A DNA stretch of 64,000 bases from Camelus ferus (taxonomy: Eukaryota). The DNA lies in NCBI RefSeq assembly GCF_009834535.1, contig NC_045697.1, forward strand, positions 33,420,001-33,484,000, read 5' to 3'. Shown here piece after piece: positions 12,656 to 26,150 of this stretch (positions are counted from its first letter, which is position 1; the number at the start of each line of letters is the position of its first letter). Made by a program: the position numbers and the translations under genes. The notes below the pieces were generated by a model. It had not been told where the DNA came from. It was given only the letters and a program-made list of their open reading frames with translations, and made no database searches.

Positions 12656-14625
12656 TGACTCTTGTGATTTCCCAGCATTAGGAAAACTATCCTGTGAAAC
12701 ATTTTTGTTGAAAGCTTTCATAATGGCAACAAGCTTGCTTGGAAATTCCCTGATTAGATCATGTCAATTATCATCTTGTTTTTTATGGCTTTCTTCAAGG
12801 TTAATCTTAGATAATTTTTACCCTGATTTTGATATGACTCTTAACTGAATAGGAGTATTTTAGTGAAAGAGAGTAAGATCCATTAAGTATAACGAACTAG
12901 ATCAAATACTAAGATCTGGAAAGTGCCTGGGAACCTCTGAACAGTCATGTACTTAAATCTGTTCAGTCACTCTCCCTACTAAGGAGTCATTGAGAAAGAG
13001 GCAATAAAAGGAATCTTATTAATGATACGTGCTTCCTTTCCAGTGTTGAGATTTTCAGTTACTAAGGAAAAAATGTTAGAATTCTGGGGGGAAATATCAC
13101 TCACGTTATTTGAGAAGAAAACCTAACCATACTTAAAAGCAAAGTAGGCATCCATGTGACAGAATTACTGGCTGTTATATTGCATTTTTCTACAAATTCT
13201 ACAAGTATGGGCTTAAGTTTGTAGAGAACTGATAATGGGCTAGAGAAGTGAAATTGTTAAATATTGTCTTTCTCTCTACAGGCAACATGAAAGTTTCAGT
13301 TTTGCATATCAGATTTTCTTTTTCTCAGTGTAGGCATGATTGCATTCAATCTCTTCCTTCTTTTCCTGTCTCTCCTTCACAGTGTCAGATTGGCATTGTG
13401 ATCTGAAACCCCTCTCTTTCTTTTATTCTTCTTTATTCTTTGTGGGTACCCCTCCACCCCCAAATCTCACACCCTTTTCATTGTATTTTGGCATCAGCTT
13501 CCCAGAGAACTCAAAATGACAATGCACATAGGGACGATTTTCCTTGTCTGGGACTTCAGCCTCCGGCTAGGCTGGAAAGGCAGTCTCACGCCCTGGGAAA
13601 CGCATGAAGGGTCAGTACAGCTGCATTCAGCTGCAACTTTGCTGCTACCAATAATCCACGTTGACTCTGAGTGTGTCACTGCCTCCCTGGGGCTGCTTTC
13701 TTTTTTGTTAAGATGAAAGTGTTGACTTAGATGATCTTTAATATTTTCCTTTTTTCTTTCTAACTTCACCAAGTTGAAAAGGAGAGAAGACACCAAAAAT
13801 GACTTAAGAATAAACAAAAAATAGTCAGGGATTTAGAAAACTGAGAGGCAAAGAGAAAATAGAAGCAATGGAAAGGCCCAAGAGAAAAGAATTGTAATCA
13901 CATATTGGCCATTGCAAATAGTTCTTGGTTTACAATCTGGTATGTTTCTTATTAAAATTTTTGGATCTAGTCTCGATTTAGCTGGCGTAGTTAACAGCAT
14001 GTGTGCTATCACATTTCTAGGGATTTCAGACTGTAAAATCCCCAGGGCTACATCTAAGGTTGAGGCCAGTTTCGTATGTTTGTCTTTTCTCCCTGTGTGG
14101 TCCCCATGGACTTTGTCTGCTTTAGTTTTTCGTCTTTAACTGGTGATGCTACACATCCTTTCTCTTGGGGCTCCTTACTTTCCCACATTTGCCTCCTCAG
14201 TGGTTTATCCCTTCTCCAGCTCAACATTTTCTTGGTATGCTTAAAGACAAATACATGCTTTTTTGGTTTTAAAGTTCTTATCTCAAATCCCTCTGGGGAA
14301 ACAGAAGAACATAATAACAAACAGAGAAATTCAAAGTTTTAAGAAGTTCATGGAGTTCATAGAGTCATTGCCCTTGGTCTATACTGCCTGTTGCTGTGAT
14401 ATTTATGATACCAGAATGCACATTAGTCTCCAGTTTTCGTCTTTGGTATTTCACCCAGAATCCATTTCCCTCAGATGCATCTTCTTTAAATTGGAAGACT
14501 CTGTTCTCCGCAAAGCACCTTCTTCTTGGTTAAGAAGCTGAGATCTTGGGCAGAAATACAGAGAGAAAACTTATCTATTCATATGTCCACTGAAATCAAG
14601 TATGTGCTTGTGTATAAACAGGAAA

Positions 14626-15202
14626 AGTTGGCAGATAATATCTTCCAAAAGTAACCACAACATCTCCCAACACCCACGATCTTCCACATTAATAGATAAT
14701 GTTGCCACTCGACCTTTGAGAAATAGAATCTTTATCTTTTCCCCTTGAATCTGAATGAGCTTATGACTAACTCAATCAATAGAATGTGGCAAGGATGATA
14801 TGACTTTTAAAACTAGGTCCCAAAAAGTAGTGAAACTTTGGCCTTGTCCCTTGGCGCATATTTTATGGCACCTGAGTGGCCATATATGTAATTTCCGACC
14901 ACCCTTAAGCCATCAGACTGTGAAGAAGCCCAGGCCATACGGAGAGAACTTGTGCAAGTGCTTCAGGTGACAAGCCCAGCTGAGGTCCTGGCTTACAGCT
15001 GACAGCAACTGTCAGCTGAGAATAAAGATGCCTGCAGACAATTTCAGCACCAAGACATACAGCTTCAACCTATTGCTGAGAATTTCCTGCTCAGGCCTTG
15101 TCTGGATTCTTGACATGTAGATTCCAGAAGCATGATAAAATGGTTGTTTTTAGATGGTAAGCACTGGCATATTTTTTTAATGAAGACATAATAACCAGAA
15201 CA
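14626..15202 (+). mobile_element. MLT1H-like MaLR solo LTR
   Basis: tcttccaaaagtaaccacaacatctccc; ccccttgaatctg; caatagaatgtggca; gaagaagcccaggcc; end ataaccagaaca. Confidence 0.75.
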
Positions 15203-16309
15203 TGGTTGGAACCCAATCCCTTCAAATGAGGTGCTCAGAAGTGATTGTCCCTACTCCCTGCCTCGACCCCTGGTGCTGCTCCCATTTTTTTTCCCTAAAG
15301 TCAAGTTGTTGGCTTTTTGTCATTTCTTGGACTCCTAATATATCATCTTTATATTTAATTTGCTGAAGGTTGTTTTCTCTTGCTCGCAACCAACTTGTAC
15401 AAGTTAATTCTGTATTCCTTTACACTGATTCTATACCAGTGAGATACACCATCCTGGAAGCATGCTTCTCGTAATGGAAACAAGAGATCTACCTCCCCCA
15501 AACGTCCATACCCTCCAGGTGTTCTGGCAAGATACATTTTTTTTTAACTTTAGATTGCACAGATAGCAAAAGCAAACAAAATGCAGAAAAACTGCATTTA
15601 GATGGAGGAAAAGAAGAAAACTACCCCCCCCCCCCAAAAAAAAAAACTAGATTAGATATCATTTCTTGCATTTTGAATTCAAGGGTCTTGTCCAAAGTTA
15701 ATCATTGAAAAGTTCCTAGACATGACTCGGAACCACTGTGTCTGTTAGGAATTTCCTTTTCTAATACAATAAATCTGTAAATTTCTAAGTTACTTTCTGT
15801 ATTAACTCCTTTCAGAAAAACCTCTTGTCCCAGTTAAGTTATTTGATGCATACAAATTTAAAACTATGTATATGCTCATTATGCTTATAGCTGCTGTAAA
15901 ACTATAAAATAGAAACATTTTTACATTAAATGCAAAGAAAACTTTAGGCCCAGTTAAAATTATGCTGCAAATTATTAATTTAATGTGATAAACTCTGAGG
16001 ATGGCACAATATGAAATGATCTATTGAAATGAGTTTGGTCTTGTTTCAGTGTGCCAGATGAAAATATAATTCTGCCAAAATACATTTTATACTATAAATC
16101 CTTTATGTGATGTAGCATGATGTCATTTTGTGTGAAGGTATAATTTGCACATTTTGTCTTTCTTTTTTTCTCATGGTTATAAGACTTTATTAATCAATAA
16201 AAATTAAGCCAAATTCAAACACAAGCACCCCACTTCTAATTAATTTCTCCTCTATATTGTGGTTATCCACTTGAAAACAAATTATTTATCAAACTATGCA
16301 ACATCAGTT

Positions 16310-16420
16310 GTCTATATGTCTATATATATATTACATGTGTGTAGATATATGAACTATATAGTATAGATGAGCATATGTGTGTGTGCATGTATATGCACAT
16401 ATATATATATATGATATATT
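16310..16420. repeat. (TA/TG)n microsatellite region
   Basis: Read directly from the sequence. Confidence 0.8.
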
Positions 16421-16499
16421 TTTGGACTTATCTATAAATATTCTTGAGATTTATTTCACAACACATTTAATTCAAAGAAGTTTGGTCATCTCAAATCTT

Positions 16500-17141
16500 G
16501 CTTTTAGTCTTTGTGTGGCAGGGCCAGAGAAGGATTTATTTTAAAGCTAATTTTGCCCCATTACTGAAGCAAAATTTGTCTGAGTTCACTACTCAATGAT
16601 CCATAAATTATGAGGTTTTTCTACTCTAACTGCTAGGAAAATACACTTTTCCTGGCCCTCAGGAGTTCCTGGTAAAGTTCTCTTTTATTATTTTGAGTGT
16701 TTCCTTTTTTCTCAGCCTTAGGCAGTTTCTTCACATACATGTCCTGCTCAGTGCTCCAATGAAGACTCAAGAATCCCGGACCTTCAGCAGATCTCCAGGG
16801 CTCTCTCTGTGTGTGTCTCTCCTCACTACTACTCTGCCTTATGAATGCTACCTGCTCCCCATCAAATGAGTAAAACCAAACTTCCAGTCCCAAGTTCTCA
16901 ATACAGGGAGCCCACTGGCCTCCTCCTGTTTTCCCCTTCCTCTACTGCAACTGGAAGACTCTCCAGGCATTAACCTGGGACAATTTTAGGTCTCACCATA
17001 TTCAAGTATCGTTGTCCTTTGTTGCCTGATACATAATCAGGAAAATTATTATTTCATATATTTGGTCCAGCTTCTCAGTTGTTTCAAGTAAGAGGGTAAA
17101 TCCAGTCCCCTGTTATTTTATCCCAGTGGATGGTAGAAGTC
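16500..17141 (-). mobile_element. L1M (L1MC/L1ME-type) 5' UTR fragment
   Basis: gcagatctccagggctctctctgtg, ttgttgcctgat and gttgtttcaagtaagagggtaaatccagtccc...gaagtc match the antisense 5' end of old L1M. Confidence 0.7.
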
Positions 17142-17889
17142 ATGTAACATCAGTTTTTAGGTGAGATAGGCAGTGTAGCACTGGTGATGTAACATACACT
17201 GGTCATCTCCAATACTAAACCTTTGGTATTTGCCCCTCTTGAATTATTTAAACTCATCAAAGCCAGTAACTACAGTTAATTTTATACCAAGATTTTCCTT
17301 TAATGTTTTTTGATTATAATCTTTTGACTTCAATGTCTTTCATTTCACAATTTTTTAAATATTCGATTAAGTGAAGCTGAATTAAACTCTAGACTAACCA
17401 CAAAGATTTTGAATGGTGTCATCATTAGCATATGCTAAAATTGGTGAGAACCACATACGGATATAATAGTGTTTAGATACACAGCATACCCAATGTCAAT
17501 AAATCACTCTGTCCTTAGAAGTAGACCAGAGTTCACCCACAAAGACAGAACAATCAACCATTTGGCAATGAATTATACTCGATCCCAGAAATGTTAATTC
17601 AGATTATTAGGTAGGACTCATAGCATAAATGTATGCATGACAAGTGATTTTGCTGAAAACACCATATTCTAACTACAGAAATGGTTCCACCTTTTCTAGA
17701 GAGAAAATCTAGCCAGTAAAATATTCAATGGCTCACTGAATGTATTAATAGTATTAACGAAATAAATGAGTATTAACAATAAAATGCCCGACGGCATTTT
17801 TACACTTCTTTAAAATGTGACTTTTATAGTGCAGTGATTCTATTAATTGAAGAAAAGCTTCATTTTTAAAGTTTAAATTCTTATAATAC

Positions 17890-18468
17890 TGTTGCCAGAG
17901 ATTAGGTTCTTGTCTCATTGCAGAAAGAATTCAGAGATGAGAAATGGAGGTCGAAAAAGTAAAGTGAGCATTTCTGAGTGATAGACAGTACACTCTCAAG
18001 GGGAGAGTGGGCAGGCTCAGGTGAGTTTCTTTGTCAAGTTGGTTACATAGAGTGTAAAAATAAATGGGTGGAATGTTCACTGGGGAAGGTGGGGTTTGAG
18101 GTTGTATTCCCTGATTTTCATCCAGGTCCACCTTCCCAAGGGGAGGAGAGACTTCTGCCCTTATTCAGTCTGGATGGGAAGTGTCGTGGTGTCAGTGCAT
18201 CATGGGTACTTCTAATCTGCAAGGCTAATTTTATTGCAATGAGGGCACAATGAGCAAAAGATTACATTTGGAGGCTGGAGATTCCTGCCTTTTCCCACCT
18301 TGCTTTGGACACCTGTCACCTCAAAATGTGTGATTTCTTATCCGTCCAAAGGTTCCTGCTTTTCTCTGTCTGCCCAAGGACCCCTGCTGTTCACAAGATG
18401 TATGGTTTCCTGCCATTTGGCCCATGTCCCCCTTTCCCTGTTCACAGCCAGCTCTCTTCCTGCTCTAA
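17890..18468 (-). mobile_element. ERV1-type solo LTR
   Basis: Starts tgttgcc; aggttcttgtctc...agaaagaattcagag...agtacactctcaaggggagagtgggcaggctc is typical of MER4-group/ERV1 U5-R in antisense. GC content shifts sharply relative to the flanks. The right end is uncertain. Confidence 0.7.
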
Positions 18469-18859
18469 TGAAGACTTGTTCAAAGACAGTTGAAGTGACT
18501 CCATACAATAATATGTTTATACACCTATTACAATATGGGCACTAACTTGGTTGAGAACAGTGTGAAAATTAAAAATATATATTATATATTAATAATCTGT
18601 TTCTAGATTTTCATATTATTGCTTTCATTTTCAAAGTGACAGAATCTTCCATTGCTTCCCTGGATACTTTTCCTTGATAGTGACGATTACCTTATAATTG
18701 TTCTTTTGGTTCAATGTCTAAAATTGGGGAAGGATAAAACATCTTCAATTCTAATGATTTTTTTTTAACTAAGGAGCTTGTTTACTTTAGGAGAAGCTAT
18801 CTTTTAAACATCTTCTGAGTTTTAATGGTATAATGTTGGCCATCTTATATTACCATAAA

Positions 18860-19640
18860 ATGTGACTTACCTTTGACCTAGAAATTTTATTTCCAGGAGT
18901 AAATCCAAATAATAAGAGCTATCATTTTTTAACAATATATATCAGGTACTTTTGCAAGTGGTTTGTTCTATTTAGTATTCACCAGAATCCCATGAGGTCA
19001 ATTCTATTACTTGGACATTCAGGAGAAAACTGAGACATGGAAGGGCTAAATGACCAGACAAAACTCACGTACAGAGCAAGTGGTGGAGAAGAGATTCAGT
19101 TACAGGAAAACCGAGACCAAAACTCAAATACTTAACAATATACTATGTTCCCTTACAAAGGATATAATCAGACAGACAGGTAAATAAGAATATGGAGAAG
19201 ATAGACACATAAATAGATGGAGAGATTGATTAAACTAGAAGTGTGTAGATGCTTACTGCTGTGTTGTTTATAGTAATCCAAAATTGGGAAAAACAGTCTC
19301 ACTACAGAGGCTTAGTTAAATACATTATACTATTCTCATCAAAGACCCACTGTGCAATCAATAAAAATGATGATAAAACAAGATAGACTTGTTGATATAT
19401 ATCCTTCATATATTCTATAAGAAAAATTAAAAATTACAAACAGTTTACATCATGTTAATTTATTTTTGTAAATATGTGCCAAAAAAATTAAGGAGCCCTA
19501 GAGTCCCAGAAGCTGTTTGCCAAACAACTCACCAGAACTCTCGAGATTTCTAGTTGTCTAGGTGGAAAGATCATTTATTTTCTTAGTCCTTTGTTAAATT
19601 TCATTTTTCTGCAATAACGATGAATAACTCTGGAGAAAAA
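18860..19640 (+). mobile_element. L1ME-type 3' region, interrupted by a MIR
   Basis: tttgacctagaaattttatttccaggag before the MIR and gatgcttactgctgtgttgtttatagtaatccaaaattgggaaaa after it. Confidence 0.6.
18925..19150 (-). mobile_element. MIR nested in L1ME
   Basis: atcccatgaggt...ggagaaaactgagacatggaagggctaaatgacc...gtggtggag. Confidence 0.7.
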
Positions 19641-19989
19641 ACTTCAAAAACTCAGTTACCAATTTTCTTAAAATAATGCTGAATTTCAATATTTTTGAGA
19701 TATGGTAAAATTTATTCAGAAGCTGATTCTATATCTTATACACTTTTTGAAGAAAATAAGTGAGAATTCAACACCAGATGTTAGAGGACAAAATAATTTT
19801 TCAGAAAAAAAAGGGGAGAAAATTACAAACATGAAATGAGAAAACATTACATTTGAAAACAACATAAAAATAGCAAACAAAAAGTATTGAATGTAATAGT
19901 CTTAAAAGATAGACATAAACTTGGTTTAAAAAGGAAAATACCACAACAAAATATTAGGAATTTGAAGGAAAATGTAAAAAAAAGAGATA

Positions 19990-20180
19990 TATGGTAGGGT
20001 GGTTAAGTGTAAGCATGGGTGCCAATTATGTAGGTTTGCATTTAGTTTCAATATATACGAAGAATGTGACTTGAGGTAATTTACTTAACCTATTTTTTCT
20101 TCATCTATATAATAATAATAATAATAATACCTCCCTGATGAGATTATTTTGAGGATAATATGAGAAAACATAAATAATGC
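19990..20180 (+). mobile_element. MIR SINE
   Basis: gtggttaagtgt...tgtgacttgaggtaatttacttaacc...tcttcatctat...tacctccc...gattattttgaggat. Confidence 0.7.
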
Positions 20181-20184
20181 TATC

Positions 20185-20290
20185 ATGTATGCAAACAACT
20201 TGACAAACCTTGATGAAATAATTGATTTTCTGGAAGTAAAATTGATTCAAGAGGCAGAAGAAAATATTAAGAAGCAGATAATCGAGTTTT
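20185..20290 (+). mobile_element. L1 ORF2 relic
   Basis: Translation YANNLTNLDEIIDFLEVKLIQEAEEN resembles L1 ORF2p YANKLENLEEMDKFL...LNQEEVES. Confidence 0.7.
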
Positions 20291-20413
20291 TAAAGATCAG
20301 TCTACTCTCCACCTTCTTGAAAACTCTTCCCTTAGCGTCTTGCCCACATGATCTCTCTCTTCCATCTCTGAATCTTAATTTAAGCTTTATTTTTAAACTA
20401 CTCTTTTAATAGT

Positions 20414-20907
20414 TACGGTAGGTAGAATAATGGCCCTCAAATATGTCCACAAACTAATCCTTGAAAACTGTGACCATGTTACCATACATAGCAAACAGGA
20501 CTTTGCAATGATAATACCGGTTAAGAACATTGAGATAGATTATCATGGATTATCCAAGTGAGCCCCATCTTACCACATAAGTCCTTAAAAGTGAAGACCC
20601 TTTTTCTTCTGATGTCAGATGGAGATGCACTTATAGGGGGGAAGGGTCAGGGAGAAACGAAGCTAATTTTGAAGACAGAGTAATGGAGCTCCCAGCAGCT
20701 ATTTGAATATAAACAGCTTTAGAAGCTGAAAACAAGCAAGGAAATGAATTCTACCCTACAGCTTCCTGAAAGGAATGCAGCCCTGGAGATATCTTTATTT
20801 TAGCCTGGCAAGACTTCAAAGCTGCAGGACTGTAAGATAATGAATTAGTGTTGTTTTAAGCCGTTGTTGGTGATAATTTGTCACAGCAGCAATAGAAAAC
20901 AAATACA
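20414..20907 (+). mobile_element. MLT1D-like MaLR solo LTR
   Basis: ggtaggtagaataatggccctcaaatatgtccac...gattatcatggattatcc...ggaatgcagccctg...ttgttttaagcc...cagcagcaatagaaaacaaataca. Confidence 0.85.
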
Positions 20908-23099
20908 GTACTATACTGTGATGCTCAATTGAAGAGCATGTGCAAGAGTTTTGCCTCCTGGCTGATAAGGCTCTCGGAAGTCAGGCAGAGCATCCGATAT
21001 CCAATGACCCAGAGCATCTAGCATGTTGTTTTGCACATAGTTGGAAGGTTCAGTATTTACCTGATTGATCCACTGCACCTCTTCCAGTAGCATACTCTAC
21101 TTCCTTCTCTCTGTATCCAATGAGCCTCAAGTAGTCAGTGGGAAAAGTCATTCAGGTTCATATTGGATAAATATATTCAAGTTTTTAGTAATGGGACTTG
21201 AGATTAGCACAGGCATCGGAAAGGCAGAGTCCCAGAGTCCTTCCCGAAATAGCTTCCCTTCAGACAGGCTCTGCCACCTGAAGTATTAATATAACAGCCA
21301 TCTTTTTTCCTAATCGCAAGCATTTCCCCCTAATAACCCATGATTACTCTAGCTGCTTGCTTTAATTACCACATAGACACTACACGCCACAAAGAGATAA
21401 GAGGCATTGCACATAAACTACATCATTTCCTTCAGAGAAAGGCAGGGCTGACTGTTGTCAGAGAGCCAGTATTAGATATCGTACTGGCTGGGCTCAAAAG
21501 ATGGACTATTGATAGAAAAACAAATTACATATATTTTGAACAGGAAATGTAAGTGGCAAATAGAGACAATAGTCATAGAGCTTTATGGCGCCTTTATATT
21601 CATTTCAAAAAAGGTTTGACATTAACATTATGTATATTTGAATAGAATGATCACTATTGTAAAATCTTTTAAACGTTTTAAAATTACTTTTCAAGCTGCT
21701 TTTAAATAAGAAAACAATTTGAAGGTAGTTATAATGTTTCCTAGTATTGAATGTGAAAGGTAATTTTGAGGTTCCTTTGTCCAAACATTCAGTTCATTCA
21801 GGAATTCATTCTTTAATATCTTGATCCATTGACTTGTTACTTGTTATTTGCCTGTTTAGTTTCACAAAAATTCCAAAAACTTGGAAATATGAACACTCCA
21901 TAGTAGTTCAGACTGTGAACATAGGAATTGAGGAAGTTCAGAAAACAATCACTGTTTTTTCACTTTCAAGAAATTGTATTAGAAAATGTAGGGAGGGGAG
22001 AGCGTAGTAACTAGACACAAACTTAAAGTTACAGAAGGTCTGGGGAAGGTGTGAGACACCTGAGAATATTACAGTAGTCACAAGAGTTTGAGGTCCATCT
22101 CTGTCACTTGTTTGCTGTGTGACACAGGAAAGTCACTTATCCTCCCTTAGTTATGAGGTTAGAATAAAATTTAACAATGGAAGTGAGATAAATTTATAAA
22201 TATAATTCATCTAAATAGGAGTAATTTCTCCACGATCTTTTCTCAGTTGTCAGTGTATAAGATTTACCTTTCTTCAAGTCATATTGGTTTATTGTCAATA
22301 CTTAATTTATTTTTGAATGATCAAAAATACTTTGCAGAAGTTATGCTGAGTCTGCATTTCTTATTAAAGGAACATAATTTTAAATTTGGCATTTAGAAAT
22401 CCTATGTGTGATTTTTCGAGAGCTTTTCTGGAAAATAATCAGTGAAAATAAACCTTTATCCTTTTTTTCAGTTTTTAATTGTTTTATAGACCTACTACAT
22501 TTGTGAAAAAAAGAGATTTCCATTTTAAAATAATCTATACAATTTTAAATTGATGACAAGTGTTATAGTAAATTCAAGGCATTCAGAACATTAGCCACCT
22601 TAAAAATGACCAAAACTTTATCAAAATGTTGTGGTAAAGGTGAACCCACTAAGTCATTCACTAAGGAAAATGAACAAATTTGGAGCAAAAAATAATCTGT
22701 TTGGTAAACCAAAGAGCTCCCATGGTGGAGACGAACTGCAAGTCTAGGATCTAGGACAGGAGGAAAGGAGGGACCATGGAGATAAATCCAGACTGTGGGA
22801 CCATGTACCCCCCCCAGGGCAAGTGACAATTCTGGAGAGATTCCTGAGAGCCTGAGAAGCAAAGCAGAGCGTCTGACAGGTTCATGCACATTAAGGACAA
22901 AAATTGGAATCGAGAGCCCACAGGATGGGAGGCTGTGGTAAACACTCCAGGTTTTAGTTCAGGATCCAAAAGGACTACATTTTAGGAATGAGAGAGAAAA
23001 GGAAATAGACCTTCTGACATTAAAAAGGAAACTTGAAAGAATGTAGAAGAAAACCACTAATGATAAGATAAACTAATAAAATAGAAAATAAAGATGCAT

Positions 23100-23445
23100 T
23101 GGAGATGGATTTACAGTGCCAAGATCCTGCAAACACAATGTTGAGCAACGGCAGCCCCAGCCCAAATAGAACCTAAGGGATGATTCCATCTATACATTGT
23201 TTTAAAACGGACAGACCTAATCTATGATTTTGGAAGTCAGGACAATAGTCCTTTGGGAGGAGGGAAGGAGTATGGTTGGGAGAAGTGACAAATGGAGTTT
23301 CTGAAAGTAATGGAAATACTTTATTTCCTGACTTAGATAATAGCTAAGCAGCTTTATTCACCGTGTGATAATTCATTAAGCAATAAATTTATGACTTGTG
23401 TACTTTTCTGTATTTATGTTACAGCCAATAAAATTGAAAGAAAAA
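23100..23445 (+). mobile_element. L1ME 3' end
   Basis: atgttgagc...atgattccat...taatctatg...gaagtcagga...gataattcattaagc...tgtgtacttttctgtatttatgtta...aataaaa. Confidence 0.75.
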
Positions 23446-23599
23446 CCTTTAACAACAGAGCAACTAACAATGATGTGTACATAATTCTCTTTAAAGATAA
23501 CACTAGCGTCTTTCTAAAGGGCGAGTGATGAGTCTATTTGTTTTCTTTTCACTTCAGAATTGTAGAGGCCTGATTTATACAGAGTACGTTCTGCTCTAC

Positions 23600-24190
23600 T
23601 CAAGAACAATGTTTTTTAAACACAAATCAGATCTTCCTATACCCAACTCAAAACTCCCAGGGACTTCTTGTCACTCTTAGAACAAAATCCACGGTGTGTA
23701 AGGCTGTTCATAATCTGGCCCCTGGTCATTACTCTGACTTCATTCCTATTTCTTGCTTCGCTCCAGCACTTTAGGTTCCTCACCGGAACTTAAATATACT
23801 TCGCAGGGCTTCTCTTCGGGGAGTTTGTGGTTTTCTGGTTATCCTGGAATGTTCTTACCCCAGAGATGTGCTGCTTTACTCTTTAGCTTTATTCATGATG
23901 TTACTGAAATGCTACATCCTCAGCAAGACCATCCCTGAACACCTTATTTTGATTCACACCCCCAGCCTTCTAGATACACTCTCTTTCCTTTCCCAGGTTT
24001 AGTCATTCTCTCATCACTGATAACTGGTATGATATTTCATGTGTATTTGTTTACGCGTTTGCCAGAACAAGGAATTTTCCTGTTTGGACATCCCTTCCTT
24101 GCTAATGTGTAAAACATGCCTGGCATGGAGTAGGCAATCCACATGTTGTTCTGAAATGACTGAATGAATAGACGAATTCACGCCTGAATG
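23600..24190 (+). mobile_element. L2a 3' end
   Basis: aaatcagatc...ctcaaaactccc...taatctggcccctg...cctggaatgttctt...gcctggcatggagtaggca...tgactgaatgaat. Confidence 0.85.
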
Positions 24191-24562
24191 CAACGTATTC
24201 AAAAAAGAGTTGGCAAGAAGATTTGAAGACTATAATACAACTCGCCAATGTCAAGGCACTTTTCTACCCTGGGACCACCAGCCTAAAGTTTAGTAACAGG
24301 AAGGAAATTTTTTTTTTCACAAGGGGGAATAAAAGATGTGAAATTTCTTTCTAATTGAATTGCTATGAATTACAAAATACAGCAGCTTTTGTTTACAGTG
24401 AGATTAGCTGACTGCTCACATGTGTGGATGCAGCTTATAGCACACCCCCCACCCCGGGGTTGGGGCAGTGGGGAGCCATTCTAGGGCAGGACTCTGCACA
24501 GGTTGTTTACTAAACTTTATCTTCTCTGGGCACCAAAATCTTTATCCCCTAACCTAAGTGTC

Positions 24563-25108
24563 TGTATTAGTCAAAGTTCTCCAGAGAAACAGAACCAAGA
24601 GAAGCTATATTTCTATATACTAACAGTATTTAAATAAGAGAGAGACAGAGACAGAGAGAGATGACAGATAGCTAGGTTTACTATGAGGAACTGGCTCACA
24701 GGATTACGTCGGTCTATAAGTCCCATGATCTGCAGTCCACAGGCTGGAGCCCTAGGAAACCCAGAGCCCCAGGAAAGCCCGTGGTGTATTCCAGTTCAAG
24801 TCCAACAGCCTGAAAAACAGGGGCGTCAATAATGTAAATCCCAGTCTGAGAGCAGAAGATGAAATGAGGTGCCTCACTCTGGCAGTGAGGCAGAATAATA
24901 AAAGGGTGAATTCTTTCTTCCTCTGCCTTTCGGTCTATTCAAGCCATCAAGGGATTGGATGATGCCCATACACTTTGGGAAGGGTGATCTACTTTACTGA
25001 ATTCATTGATTCAAATGCTAATTTTACTGGAAACACTTTCACCAGAAAAAAATGTTTAATCTGGGCATCCCTTGACAAGTCAAGTTGACAATAAAATTAG
25101 CCATCACA
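24563..25108 (-). mobile_element. MLT2B-like ERVL solo LTR
   Basis: tgtattagtcaaagttctccagagaaacagaacca...gaggaactggctcac...gattggatgatgccca...gtcaagttgaca...aaaattagccatcaca. Confidence 0.88.
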
Positions 25109-25429
25109 ATGCCCTTATATGATAATAACTGGTAGGTCTCTTTTAACTCAGGAATCTATAAGGAGATATATATATATATATTTCGGAGATTGGCAGGACC
25201 TAAAGTGAGACACACTATAACTGAGTATGTCTAATTGAGGCAAACTATGCTTACATACGATTAGTGCAGGAGGATATACAATAATTCCTGATTCCTGATA
25301 GAAGTCTCCAATGCCACATTATTAAGAAACAAACATTGTCCCATCTGAATTCTCTCTGTAGTGCACAGTCTTGCTGCAGACCATCAAGGGCCACACTAAA
25401 ATATCTGCTTCTTGCTTCAGGGATCATCC

Positions 25430-26150
25430 AGGTTAATAATTATGAATGTAGGGTTTGGAGTTAGAACTGGCTTCAAGTCTGTCAACTGAAATAAAAAGCA
25501 CAAGGTAAGAGCTGTGAGTTTAGGTTTTATCTGAGGACTTACTGAGGACGATAGCCCAAGAGACAGCCTCTCAGAGAGCTTTGAGGAACTGCTTCAAAGA
25601 GTGAAGAGGGGAGGACAGCATATATCTGATTTTGGAGAAGGGGGTCCATGCAACCAAGCACATATCTCTGTAGAAGGTTACTGCCAGTCACCAAAAAACA
25701 GATGTCTCAGTTAACGGTCTTAGTGCTTTTCTAAGGATGAGAATATGCAAGAAATTGAGTTCTTCAGATTTGCTCCTGAAAATGTCTAACTACTTGAAAG
25801 CCTGTTCTGCCTGTTTCCACAGAGCATCACGTGCCTCATCCCTGAGTTCTGCCCTGAACTCTTTCCAGGGTACTTTGAAGTTAGCAAGTGCAGCGGCTAA
25901 TGACTCAAACCTTGTAGAGCCAATGGCCAATGACATTCTTTAGTTACCAATTCTCAGTCTTGAGATTAGTACTTGCATGATCTTCAGCCATTTATTTAAC
26001 TTCTCTAAGCTCCAATTTGCTATTTTAAAAAATAGAATTAATCATTGTACATATTTCCTGTGATTTTCAATAAGATTTAAAAGCAATAATATTGTGAAAT
26101 ATTCAGTTCAGTACTTGGCATATAGTAATCACTGAATAACTATAAACTAG
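25430..26150 (+). mobile_element. MIR split by an LTR insertion (pieces ~25430-25479 and ~25950-26150)
   Basis: gggtttggagttagaactggcttcaagtc | LTR | attctcagtc...atttaacttctctaagctcc...cttggcatatagtaa. Confidence 0.7.
25480..25949 (-). mobile_element. MER41-like (MER41_BT-related) ERV1 solo LTR
   Basis: Termini tgtcaactga...tagttacca; ttactgaggacgatagccc...agacagcctctcaga...gaggaactgct. 4-bp TSD agtc/attc (1 mismatch). Confidence 0.75.

Noticed and set aside
15624..15646. C12 followed by A11
   Set aside because: Simple homopolymer junction with no TSD or retrocopy body; length unreliable.
20185..20409. 74-aa ORF with a protein-like N-terminus
   Set aside because: Explained as a decayed L1 ORF2 fragment, not a gene.
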